Shown: positions 1-10,689 of the stretch, piece by piece
Position numbering within the stretch: position 1 is the first letter of the stretch
Layout of the letters: the number at the start of each line of letters is the position of its first letter
NCBI GenBank assembly: GCA_000002445.1
Contig: CM000208.1
Span: 448,001 to 512,000, forward strand
DNA length: 64,000 nucleotides
Direction: 5' to 3'
Source of the DNA: Trypanosoma brucei
Taxonomy: Eukaryota
Program-made: the position numbers and the translations under genes
The notes under the pieces: generated by a model
Told to the model about the DNA's origin: nothing
The model's input: the letters and a program-made list of their open reading frames with translations, nothing else
The model's database searches: none

Positions 1-2995
1 CTCCGATGTTGGAGTTAAAAATAGAGCGCGAAACCAACACCACCCCATACGCCAGACGCCGATGATAACCACCATCGTATCGATAAAACACCCAAACAAG
101 CGCCACCTGTATGCTGAAGAAGCGTTCTCACGACCGAAGCAGCGCATCAAGCGAGGACGAGGTCCCGTGGAAAACGAAGGCCCCGACTTCCCGTTGGGGC
201 GTTGGAAGGTATTCAGTCTCGGCTGATCCCCGGCCCTTTTCGGCGTCAAACTTGGTATTGTATTCGTACCACTCAAAAGGAAAAGAAGACGAATTATTTT
301 CTTGCTCCTGAGGCCGCTGGCACATCAAGCCGTGATCCGGCCTACTCCCCACGCGGCGTTCTAGCTACACCAAGATCCAAGGGACAGTTGGAGAACATTT
401 TGGAGCCCGTGGTAACAGGTGTGGCGTAGAAAGCTCCGGCAGGCTCGCAACGATGCCATCAGCAATGTCCACTCAAAGACATTTACTGCGGCAGACCACA
501 ACACTGATTGCGCCAAAACTGTCTCCGTTATTCATGACACAGCCTTCGACACAACATAGCGCGACGAGCTTGGTACAGGAAATGAAAAAGTCGAACATAC
601 AGCAGAGAATTATCAGAATGTTGGCAGTTTTTTTCAAGGCCAGAACGTGTAAAATAAGCGCCAGGGAGATGCTATCGGATGCAAAAATACTTCAGAAGAC
701 TGCCCTACAAGGGAACCATATTCAGTAGCATCTTGGCCATTGAATTTATCTGCTCGCTGAACCGACTACTGGAAGAAGGACCCCAGTTACGTGCCGATTT
801 GTTTACACATAACTGAACGCTGCTGCTTCCTCAAACGAAAGAGAAAAATATCAAACACACACTGCGGAGGTAAGTGGACATGGTGGCACCATGGTCTTGA
901 GAGCACCTAATGGAAGTTTACCTAACGCAGATGAAAAGCACACCCTTCGGTTTTGTGAAATGAATACTGCTCACGCCAAACATCGGCGGAGCGTGGGTAG
1001 GGCTTGAGAGAACTTTAAAAGTTGCTCTTTGTGATACTCCATTGCATAATTGAGATGGCAAGGCGCGCTATGCAGACAATACGAAAAAAATTGACCTGAG
1101 TCTACTTCAAATAGGAGCAATATCTACTTTCACGCAGGGCTAAGCACACCAGCTTCTGCGGTTCTTTTACCTCGCACTGGCGCGAGCGTGTGTCATGTGA
1201 AGGGTTGAAGCGTCGTAATAGGATGTGTGTAAGGGTTGTGGAGGGGAACCCGCTGTTGCACACTGAAAATTTAGCTGTATCATTTCAGGCGTGACATAGC
1301 GAATGTACTAAGAGAGCACCCTCCCTGAAGGTAGCGGCCTACAGCTCAGGAGCGCCACATTAATACGTAGTCCCAAGTCCGTGTTGATGTGAGAAGTGAA
1401 AGTCTCAGTGAAGTGCAATGCCGAGGAAGAGTGTTTCCGAATCTTCATGTCCAAGACCACGAGGAGACACATTACACGATTTCACCAATCCCTTTGTGTC
1501 AAGTGGCGTAAGCCCCCAGTTACTTTCCTCACACTTCGATACCGCAACAGGGCTCTCTTTCGCAATTAAATAAGGCTCATACGCGCGGAAGATCACAAAG
1601 ATATAAAAATGAAAGCGAGGGTGGGCAGATTGCACAACGCTTCAGTGGAAACGGTGTACAATTACCGCCTGGTAGATGCCACGGGCCATGGACTGAGGGA
1701 TCTGCATTATTGGGGAAAAAAAGAATGGGACAGCTACGACAACATTGGGGGGAAACAAACTGATATTCGTGAAGCGGGCAAATGCAGCCCCATCGGCCCG
1801 CAGTAACCCAACAGAATCCCTAGCAATAGAAAAGGGTGCGGGAATGTCACTGGATGTTTTCCAAACGTATACAACGTCATAGAGAAAACTCCGGACGCTG
1901 CCTATGATGTGCTGGCACGTGTCCGGGACCGAGAAGTGAAAAACGGTGTCCCAGAAAAACGCGACCGGCCCCGACGCTATGAGAAGCCGGAGCTGGAGCA
2001 AAGCAGAGTTCCCCATTAGAGAAATGCTGCTGGCTCTTGGCTTCCTCTGAAAATACGGGGCGCTAGAACTTGGCACCACGTTGAGGTGGCCGGCGTCGCC
2101 CCTGAGCAGACTCTTGACAATCACAGACTTGCTGTTGCCACTCATGGTATTGGAAGCAGACCAATCCCACCGTGGCAGACCAACACCCAAATAAGCTACG
2201 GGTGCTTCTCCTACAAATACGGGAGGGAAAGCGTATACCACATTGAAGTTTGTATTTAGTCGTTGATGTGGAATGGAATGGGATGATTGATGGTATGGTG
2301 GAAAGGGTGACTGACATGCCGCAGTTGCCTGGCCCGAAGCTCCAGGACATTGTAACCTACATGGGACCGATATTGCTGTCAGCGGAAAAGGGAGTGAAGA
2401 AGAGGTGGCAGTGGCTCGTTCCCGCCCCGTTGCCTCTCGGCATTGCGAATGTATGCTGCGAAATATCAACACGCGGACACCGCTGCAGTGCCTGAAATGA
2501 AAAGTGCAAAGCCCGGCTTACAAAGCGTCGAACGCAGTAACGCAAATGGCAAATTGACACGAATATGGCCGCGCACATACCCCGTGAATATCGAGATGTG
2601 GCGGTACACCGCATTCGCGAGGAGCGTAGCTTTCCCCGCACAGGAGCACCGTGTTGGCCGAAATAGGGCACCCAGCTCGCAAAAGTGTCCGAACTTTTTT
2701 CCAACCGCTCACCCCCCACCCTTAATCCAGGGCTTTCTGGGGGGTGTGGCAACCTCTGCTGTCCAGGAAGGTGACCGAAACATAGGAGGGAAAGCGCCAC
2801 CGGGGTGCGTCCGCGAAGGTAATCAGAAGTGTACCTGAAAAATGTGAGGGGGACAAGGGGAAGTCTTGGCCCTTTCGATCCACGCTTTCTCCGGGAGCGC
2901 CGCGAATAGGTGTGTTGTCACTTTCGCGCCACTTCAAGGCCGCCTGAGGCCGGCGGGACCGCCGAGAGCTTTTAAACCGCCTCCGAGCTCTACTA

Positions 2996-3009
2996 GGGGG
3001 GGGGGGGGG
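2996..3009. repeat. G14 homopolymer. Further G/C runs of 10 or more at 5684-5694 (C11), 8554-8563 (G10), 16614-16624 (G11), 24068-24078 (C11), 25660-25671 (G12)
   Basis: Direct read. Two of these tracts lie in the two arms of the inverted repeat. Confidence 0.9.
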
Positions 3010-4086
3010 AGGTGGGCTGACGGTGAGATCGTGGTGCGGGTCGTATATGCATGTCTTTCTCCCTGAGGAACGCGCTGTGGAGTGTTAACGAAGGAAATAG
3101 GAATACCTCTGTCGCGTATGTGATTGGTATGAAAGGCGGTGGCGAGAACAGCGGGATGAGATGTCATGCCACTTCCTGTTGGTGCTGGTCGTGGTTCTCC
3201 AGGGCATTCAACCGCCTTCTTGCATGCTAAAGGTAGCGAAATTTGTAAGACAAGTGTCGTGAGGGTAGGAAGTTACCATACTTGTTCAGTATGCTTATGT
3301 GGGTTTCTGGTCTACAGTTAATTCCATTTTACTCTAATTTATACTGTCCCTTATGTTAGAGGTAGAAGCCTCATTGTGGTGTCAGGGTCTAGTACGCAGG
3401 AATAATTAAATTTTCTATGGAAGCTAACTGTCACCACATGAACACTGGAATATCGACCACAGTGGGCAGCTGCTGGGGTGCCATTGTGAGTGCACTTTTG
3501 GACGTTGAAGATATTTATGTGTGTGAAGCGCAAATCAACACGCGGATATGTGGCTACTTCATGTTTTACAGTTGAGCACCTTTGCAAGTAGAACCCATCG
3601 AAGTCGTATACGTGCCATTAGCTGTAGAGCTAGTGGTGAATTTACAGGGTGAGATGCCACAACAGCTATAGGAGGGGTAGAAGGCTACAATGAAGACCAT
3701 CCCTTTATACGACCGTGCGAATCATGGTCTCCATGCACTGGCAAAGTGGGTGGGTAATAATCTCCACTTAAGAGGGTTTTAGTAGGCAGTGGCTCGTTCT
3801 CCAAGGCTGAGTCCCACACTATCATGTCATGTGACATGATCTGCATAAACGCATTTCCTTCTGTTCGCTAGTGTGGCGTGGCCACGATTGTCGTCAATCC
3901 GCACATTGAAGAAAAAAACTTATGCTGTATTTTTGTACTCTTTGCCAGGGAACCTTGCTCCAACGGGGGTTTCGTGGTCTGTGAGCCATGCAAGCGACAC
4001 AGAGGCAACTACTGTTTGCACTCCAGTCTTGTTTCCCTCTGCGTCCGGTTCAAAGGTGACACCGACCTCGTAATCACTGAAAAGCT

Positions 4087-4107
4087 TGTGTGTGTGTGTG
4101 TGTGTGT
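4087..4107. repeat. (TG)10 microsatellite just upstream of the HDAC gene
   Basis: Direct read. Confidence 0.95.
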
Positions 4108-4400
4108 CGCCCCCTTCATTACATAATTCGGCCTGAAAGGGGAAGGTAAATGCGAGTGTGCAGTTGCGTTCTGAAGTGCCACGAGGGCTGATAAAAAGGA
4201 CAAGATGTGGGTGAAAAGCTTATATACTTTTTTTGTGTATCGGGTACGGTGGTAGCAAAACTCGTGTGTGTGGTTTCACTTAATTTGGTTGTTTCATCTG
4301 CGTGAGGTCACTTTGACTTGCGGTGCAAGGTAATATATTGTCATTTCCTCAAACAGCGTATTCATTTATAATAACCTAGAAGGTTCGTACAGTTTCTCAA

Positions 4401-5567
4401 ATGAATGAGGATGGTGATTGTCGGCGCGTCGCTCTCATTGACACATCTTGCTATTCCGCTGATTGTACGCTCTCAGCGTTGGTTCCTCAGCATGCAATGA
4501 AACCGTATAGACTTTTGGTGACAATGGAACTAATTGCATCACTGGGGTTAAAGCGGTTTTGTCGGACGGTTGTCCCGCCACCAATTGGTATTAAAGAGCT
4601 GCTTACCTACCATGCTGAAGATTACATACTGAATCTGGGACTTCATAGTAACCGCAGCTGGTTGTGGAATACAGAGGTATCGAAGGTTACCTTTTCCGGA
4701 GATTGTCCACCTGTTGAGGGAATTGTTGAATATTCTCTCTCAACAGTTAGTGGCTCCCTCATGGCGGCTGTTTTGCTGAATAGTGGTGCTGTCGATACAG
4801 CGATTCATTGGGGTGGAGGTATGCATCATGCAAAGTGCGGTGAGTGTTCTGGATTCTGTTACGTGAATGATATTGTTATCGCCATTATTGAGCTACTGAA
4901 ATGCCATGATAGAGTTTTATATGTTGATCTTGATATGCATCACGGAGACGGAGTCGACGAAGCGTTTTGCCGTAGCAGAAGAGTCTTTACTCTTTCCCTT
5001 CACAAGTTTGGCGAGTCCTTTTTTCCGGGTACAGGCCATCCACGGGATGTAGGCATTGGAAACGGACGCCACTACACTATGAACTTAGCCATGTGGGATG
5101 GTGTGGATGACTTCTACTACACCACAGTTTTTGAGCGTGCGCTCAGATCCATTGTAAAACGGTTCAATCCAAATGTAGTTGTCTTGCAGTGTGGAGCCGA
5201 TTCGCTCGCAGGAGATCGTTTGGGACATTTTAATCTCTCGTCATGGGGTCATGGAAAGTGTGTTGAAGAGGTAAAGAAATTAGGGCTACCAATGCTTGTG
5301 GTTGGTGGTGGTGGTTACACCCTGCGGAATGTTGCCAAGCTGTGGGCATACGAAACTAGCATACTCTGTGGGAAAAGGCTCCCCTTGAACACTGTCATTC
5401 CTCTACATCGAATGCCTCTTAGTGGATGGCTCTTCGAAGAATCGCCACAACTTTTAGTTTCACAGGATGAAGAAAACAAACCTCTTCCTGGTGTTAACGT
5501 TCAACGATCCTTCCGCGTGATTATTGAGCAAATAGACAAGCACTGTCCAAATATAATGACTGTTTGA
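4401..5567 (+). CDS. DAC1: Class I histone deacetylase (RPD3/HDA1 family), 388 aa; size and class fit the trypanosome DAC1 orthologue
   Basis: ATG start confirmed. Translation contains HDAC hallmarks HHGDGVDEAF and GGGGYTLRNVAKLWAYETSIL plus the Zn/active-site region DLDMHHGDG. Polypyrimidine stretch and AG lie upstream. Confidence 0.88.
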   Translation: MNEDGDCRRVALIDTSCYSADCTLSALVPQHAMKPYRLLVTMELIASLGLKRFCRTVVPPPIGIKELLTYHAEDYILNLGLHSNRSWLWNTEVSKVTFSGDCPPVEGIVEYSLSTVSGSLMAAVLLNSGAVDTAIHWGGGMHHAKCGECSGFCYVNDIVIAIIELLKCHDRVLYVDLDMHHGDGVDEAFCRSRRVFTLSLHKFGESFFPGTGHPRDVGIGNGRHYTMNLAMWDGVDDFYYTTVFERALRSIVKRFNPNVVVLQCGADSLAGDRLGHFNLSSWGHGKCVEEVKKLGLPMLVVGGGGYTLRNVAKLWAYETSILCGKRLPLNTVIPLHRMPLSGWLFEESPQLLVSQDEENKPLPGVNVQRSFRVIIEQIDKHCPNIMTV

Positions 5568-5800
5568 ACTGTGCATCAGGGCGGCGTGATTGCTACCTTC
5601 TCCCCTCCCAACTTATGAATTGGTGTCGAGTGAATACTTAACTTTTCTATGTGTTACTGAAAGAGTAATCTGTCCTGATGTCACCCCCCCCCCCAAACAC
5701 ACACACATACACACACTACCCGGACGGGAAGTGGATACTCTGATATATAGTTATATCTTATTTTTCTCTTTTCGGGCGCATTTCTTTTTGGAAAGGGTCA

Positions 5801-6739
5801 ATGAACTTGGCAAATTCTCATTGTATCGGACCCGACAGTCCTGATGCTGGTCTGGCACCTTCCTGTAAAGGGTGCCCAAATGCTTCTCTATGTGCTTCTG
5901 CACCCAAAGGTCCCGATCCTGATATTGAACTTATCAGGCAACGGTTGTCTGGTGTTAAGCGGAAGGTGCTAATCGTTAGTGGGAAAGGAGGTGTGGGGAA
6001 GAGTACGCTTACTAAAGAGTTGGCTTTTGCCATTGGGAAGAGAGGACTCAACGTTGCTGTTGTTGATCTCGACATATGCGGGCCCTCTATTCCACGTTTG
6101 ACGGGCGCTCGGGGGGAAAATGCACACTACAGTGCCACTGGTATTGAACCGGTGATGATCGATGAAACGGTGACTATGATGTCCATGCACTACTTTCTTG
6201 AAAATAAGAATGAAGCTGTGCTCTTTCGCGGGCCCAGGAAGAATGGCGCTGTCAAAATGTTTCTGAAGGATGTAATTTGGAACGATGTTGATGTGATGCT
6301 GATTGACACACCCCCTGGGACGTCAGATGAGCACATCACTACTGCATCTCTTCTTCAGCAATGTGGTGGCGTCAGTGGCGCTGTTTTAGTAACCACACCC
6401 CAGATGGTTGCAGAGGCTGACGTAAGACGGGAGGTAAACTTCTGTCAAAAGGCAAAATTGAACATAATGGGTATTGTTGAAAATATGAGCGGTTTCGTGT
6501 GCCCTAACTGTGGTAGTGGCTCGTTTATATTTCCACGTACAAATACGCGGGGTGCTGGAAAGCGCTTAAGCGAGGAGTTTGGAATTCCTCTTTGGGGAGA
6601 AATACCCCTTGATCCAAAGCTGATGAGCTCGTGCGAGGAAGGTACCCCTCTTGCAGAGTCTGTCGACCAAAATAATCCAACGCTTGATGTTTTGAACTCA
6701 ATTTCGAGGAAACTCATTGAAAGTTTAGCGATGGAGTAG
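5801..6739 (+). CDS. NBP35: NBP35/Mrp-type P-loop ATPase, cytosolic Fe-S cluster assembly factor
   Basis: N-terminal C-x13-C-x2-C-x5-C ferredoxin-like motif (SHCIGPDSPDAGLAPSCKGCPNASLCAS), deviant Walker A SGKGGVGKST and C-terminal CPNC bridging-cluster motif. It aligns well with human NUBP1. Confidence 0.85.
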   Translation: MNLANSHCIGPDSPDAGLAPSCKGCPNASLCASAPKGPDPDIELIRQRLSGVKRKVLIVSGKGGVGKSTLTKELAFAIGKRGLNVAVVDLDICGPSIPRLTGARGENAHYSATGIEPVMIDETVTMMSMHYFLENKNEAVLFRGPRKNGAVKMFLKDVIWNDVDVMLIDTPPGTSDEHITTASLLQQCGGVSGAVLVTTPQMVAEADVRREVNFCQKAKLNIMGIVENMSGFVCPNCGSGSFIFPRTNTRGAGKRLSEEFGIPLWGEIPLDPKLMSSCEEGTPLAESVDQNNPTLDVLNSISRKLIESLAME

Positions 6740-6849
6740 TAGTATCAATATGCGGTTTTAACGTTGTTTCTGCAGTATTTTTGGAGAAGTTTTTTGCGCA
6801 GCAGCAATGTTGTGAATTTTTATCGCAGTCTCTTAATGATGTTGTTTAA

Positions 6850-8445
6850 ATGATATCTCCTGATTTTTTTTTTGGCGGTGTGTCCCTTTTATCTGATTCT
6901 ATTGAAGTTCGCTCTCGTTGGTCTTGTTTGAAGTACTTGGGTGATGCTATTATAGTGATGTCGGTAGTGGCGTCCTTCGTTGCAGAGTGTGCACGGAGCG
7001 GTCGCTGGGTACGGGGCGTTATGGCTCTTCATAGCAGTATCGGTGCAGAAGACGCGAGCATCGGGAGGGCGCGTCTCCGGTTAGCGTCCAGCATCTTAAG
7101 GAAACATTGGTGCGCTGCTTTGCCGCTAATAAGGCCTGAAGATGTGCAATATGTGGATGACCTTGCCCGATTGGTGCACGAATGCTCGATGTGCGCCGAG
7201 GTGCCCGCGGATGTATTTGACAGTGCAGTTGTTAAGTTGCTAACGCGCGCTCGAGGAAAAGATGAAATACAAACCCAATTATTTCTGTCCGCAACCAAGT
7301 GGACAAATTGGCATCAAGCGACTCGATTCTTCACCATGTTGGATACGCCAGGGGCATTGTGCAGAGATTCGCTGATGATACTGTTGATGAACGCTCTTGG
7401 ATCTGGGAGCATATCCAAACAACACACCATCGGTCTTATCCTTAGCCAGTTAAAACTCACCAACAGTCGCCATATTGGCAACGGAAGGCGTGATCACCTA
7501 TCGTCAATCTCTGCTGCTAATGCTGCGCACTCGTATATAGAGAAGGGTACTGATTTAGTGAAGGTTTGGAGTGCGTTGCGGGAAAGGGATGGAATTAGCA
7601 CGAAGTTAGTAATGAGTCTCGCAAGAGCGGCAATACAAGGTGAGCGATGTTCATGGAAGTTACCCCTATCCATCCACGGCAGGAATAGGGTCGTTGGTGA
7701 TTCTACTGAGGTGCTATCAAAGATGATTGCTATTTGCTGTCCGCAACACTGGAGAGCTGCTCTCGGTCATTTTGTCGTAGAAGGGAGGCTTGCCTTATGG
7801 CTGGCCTCCCGCTACAGTTGGGAAGCCGGGTTAGTTGTATCGAAGTTGGTTTCGATACCGCGGCGTGAAAAGTACGACATACTTTGCCGGTGCGCAATTC
7901 CTTTACCCCAGTTGAGGGGCATTGCAACGGTGGCCGGGGCAAAAATAAGGTTGAGCAACGCATCCAAAAGAAGCATTGCGGTGCGTCTGGCCAGTGGTTA
8001 CACAACTGAGGAGCTACAGCTGAGTGCTTTTGCTAAAGTATGTCAGAAAAATGGGGATTGGGAAACGTCCCTTTCCCTCTTCCATCGAGTCGCTACCGAG
8101 GAATTCCAACAACGTGCGGTTCAGTGTATCCTTGCACACTGCCCCGGTTTCGGGGTGAAAAAGTTACTTCAGCTGGTGAATGAGCATTGCCCGGCTAACA
8201 CTTGGACGACGTCAATGCTAGTGAAGCACTCCGATGACTGGGTGGAGGCCCTGTACGTTCTCCGCCATGTGATGGCTCGCGGGACGCGTTGCAATCCACA
8301 AATACTGAGCGCTTTTATGGACGTGCAGCCACCGGTTGACGTTGTATCGACTGTGGTCCGTAACACCACATTTGCGGGGCGCAGTGAGGGTATTATGAGA
8401 CGCCTTGAGATCCTAGAGATAAGTGGAAAGAGCCCGCAGCATTAA
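6850..8445 (+). CDS. Hypothetical protein (531 aa from first ATG); the true start could be a downstream ATG (6958 or 7021)
   Basis: Long ORF on the cluster strand with ATG at 6850. No recognisable motifs. Confidence 0.5.
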   Translation: MISPDFFFGGVSLLSDSIEVRSRWSCLKYLGDAIIVMSVVASFVAECARSGRWVRGVMALHSSIGAEDASIGRARLRLASSILRKHWCAALPLIRPEDVQYVDDLARLVHECSMCAEVPADVFDSAVVKLLTRARGKDEIQTQLFLSATKWTNWHQATRFFTMLDTPGALCRDSLMILLMNALGSGSISKQHTIGLILSQLKLTNSRHIGNGRRDHLSSISAANAAHSYIEKGTDLVKVWSALRERDGISTKLVMSLARAAIQGERCSWKLPLSIHGRNRVVGDSTEVLSKMIAICCPQHWRAALGHFVVEGRLALWLASRYSWEAGLVVSKLVSIPRREKYDILCRCAIPLPQLRGIATVAGAKIRLSNASKRSIAVRLASGYTTEELQLSAFAKVCQKNGDWETSLSLFHRVATEEFQQRAVQCILAHCPGFGVKKLLQLVNEHCPANTWTTSMLVKHSDDWVEALYVLRHVMARGTRCNPQILSAFMDVQPPVDVVSTVVRNTTFAGRSEGIMRRLEILEISGKSPQH

Positions 8446-8922
8446 TCTTCTCTGGGGAATCGACGCATATATATCCGTATTCGACAAATTCCTAACACGT
8501 GAAAACAAATGCGCGTTGACTTGGTGCTCTGCGCTGTGGACGTGTGCACATTGGGGGGGGGGGCGAGGGAAGCGACGACGATAAGGAGGGAGTGCTCACG
8601 TCCCGTTGCAGTAGCCACTTGACAACGTTTCAGGAGGAATTCCCTCCCCCCGAAACGGGGGTTTCTTTGATACACTGCACATTGGACTTCTGTTGGATCC
8701 TATTCGTTGCCGATATTCTAAATATCCGTTTGTCGCTACGACAAAGGGGAGTACGGAATGTGATGTGCCCACTGTAGGTGGCTTCGTTTCGAAGTTGGCT
8801 GGCGCCACTATAGCGTGTGGATGAACGGTGCCTTTCGTTCTTTGTTTTTGTGTGCTTGCAGCTACTGACTCCCACCGTATCGATTGTAACAAATACTAAC
8901 AAGTGATGTGATAGAATTAGCA

Positions 8923-10500
8923 ATGCGCTGCATCGCCCACATCGATATGGATTGCTTTTATGCTCAGGTGGAAGCTGTGCGGCTCGGCGTCGACTGCCGA
9001 ACGGAACCTTATGTTCTTTCTCAGTGGGGCAACCTTATAGCAGTAAATTATCCTGCACGCAAGTTTGGAATTGGTCGGTTTGACACTGTGACTGATGCAC
9101 TGGAGAAGTGCCCTCACGTAAAAATTTCACACGTCGCCACGTATGCCGCTGGAGAGGTGGAGTATCGCTACCACGAAAATCCCAGTAAGCAAACGCACAA
9201 GGTAGCCCTAGAGCCTTACAGAGAAGCTAGTCGGAAAATATTCCGCATTTTAGATAGTTTTGATGGAGTGGAAGTTGAAAAGGGTAGCGTGGACGAGGCA
9301 TTCCTCGACGTAACGAAAGCTGCTCATATGAAGCAAGGTGAGATGGGATTGCTCTCATCGCAGGGTGAGCTCCGCCTGGAGGACGTTGCAGATCCAACTA
9401 CAATTGTGATTCCAAGCCGTCAGGCCGAAATCGCTGCGTGGCTCAAAGAACACGGAAGGGAGTTTAGTGATGTGTTTGACGTAACGCTACATCCCCAACC
9501 AACGGCGGAGAACATGTCACTTCTCGCTGCAGCCTCTCGTGTTGTGTGGACCATACGGCAGAAAATCTATGATGAGCTTCGTTATGATTGCTCCGCAGGT
9601 ATTGCACACAACAAACTTCTTGCTAAGAGCATCTCAGCGCGCCATAAACCGAACCAGCAGACGCTCTTGTTTCCTGATTGTGTTGCCTCTGTTATGTGGG
9701 ATTTACCCTTCAAGAGCATTCGTGGATTTGGTGGGAAATTCGGCGAGGTTGTTCGACTTGCATGTGGTGGGAAGGAAACGTGTCGTGAGGCTTGGCTACA
9801 TTCCCTATGCGCGATGAGCAAGTTTTTTGAAAGTGTAGGAGATGCAGAATATGCATACCGTCGCTTACGTGGCTATGATGAGGGGAAAATAAGAGAGCGA
9901 TCTATTTCAAAGAGTTTGATGGCATCAAAGGCGTTTAGCCCACCGTCGTCCACTGCAAACGGTGTGCAAAAGTGGGTCACGGTTCTGAGCGGCGAACTTT
10001 CCGCCCGCTACGAGGATTTCTGCAATACATACGGAGTAAAGGGACACTCATTCAATGTGAAGCTAGGCAACCGCGGCCTTGACCAGCCGAGCAGTGTTGC
10101 AAACAAAACCTTCCCGCTGCCGGAACTTGTGACGCCGCAAACACTCGTGTCCGCTGCAATGCAGTGCGTCACGGCAATTATGGCCAATCGACCGGGTGTA
10201 GTGGTAAATGCGGTAATGCTCACCATTGGATCATTTAAGAAGCAGGAAAGCGACGAAAGCGGGGTCCGAAGCCAGCAAACGACCCTTAGGGATTTTTTTA
10301 AATTGAAGAACCCCGGGAAACGTGAGCGAAATCATACTGATGAGGCCATGGTAATTACCCTATCGTCCTGCCCCTCCTCCCCCGTATCACGTGAATCTTT
10401 GAAGAGCACCCCAGGAACAAGGGTGGTGTTTGATGTGGAGGACGATGGAGACGATGAGGAGGGGGAAAGCGGAGAGAAGGATGTACACATCATTGACTGA
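8923..10500 (+). CDS. Y-family translesion DNA polymerase eta
   Basis: Track ORF begins at GTG 8908; first ATG is 8923 (MRCIAHIDMDCFYAQVE). Motifs IAHIDMDCFYAQVE, SVDEAFLDVT and GIAHNKLLAKS match the Pol eta palm/fingers. Acidic C-terminal tail. Confidence 0.85.
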   Translation: MRCIAHIDMDCFYAQVEAVRLGVDCRTEPYVLSQWGNLIAVNYPARKFGIGRFDTVTDALEKCPHVKISHVATYAAGEVEYRYHENPSKQTHKVALEPYREASRKIFRILDSFDGVEVEKGSVDEAFLDVTKAAHMKQGEMGLLSSQGELRLEDVADPTTIVIPSRQAEIAAWLKEHGREFSDVFDVTLHPQPTAENMSLLAAASRVVWTIRQKIYDELRYDCSAGIAHNKLLAKSISARHKPNQQTLLFPDCVASVMWDLPFKSIRGFGGKFGEVVRLACGGKETCREAWLHSLCAMSKFFESVGDAEYAYRRLRGYDEGKIRERSISKSLMASKAFSPPSSTANGVQKWVTVLSGELSARYEDFCNTYGVKGHSFNVKLGNRGLDQPSSVANKTFPLPELVTPQTLVSAAMQCVTAIMANRPGVVVNAVMLTIGSFKKQESDESGVRSQQTTLRDFFKLKNPGKRERNHTDEAMVITLSSCPSSPVSRESLKSTPGTRVVFDVEDDGDDEEGESGEKDVHIID

Positions 10501-10689
10501 CTTACAAGTCCTTTGAACCGTATTGGTAGATCTTTCGCTTACCGGATAGGGGCTGTTCAGACCTAGTCCTGTGTGGGTGATGCTGGGTGTAACGGAACAA
10601 TTCTGTATGACACTACAATATTTATCCACTTACGATGTCCCCCTTTATTTTTCGGTTTTTCCCCCTATCAAGTCTTACACTTAGCATCC

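Noticed and set aside
128-352. Possible minus-strand gene running off the left edge
   Set aside because: I checked minus-frame stops across 1-420. The longest open stretch reaching the edge is under 50 codons from any ATG, so there is no support for a gene there.
1642-2472. 276-aa minus-strand ORF plus several overlapping ORFs on both strands (2063-2350, 2357-2800, 2443-2838)
   Set aside because: Mutually overlapping ORFs in all orientations with low-complexity, Pro/Ser/Arg-rich translations and no motifs. Typical of GC-rich non-coding DNA.
8908-8922. Several track ORFs begin with M but the underlying codon is GTG or TTG (8908, 10573, 12662, 14053, 15467, 33683, 35127, 38037, 40132, 59780)
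   Set aside because: The ORF caller evidently accepts alternative starts. In a eukaryote the start should be ATG, so these N-terminal extensions were trimmed to the first in-frame ATG, often coinciding with an upstream polypyrimidine tract plus AG.
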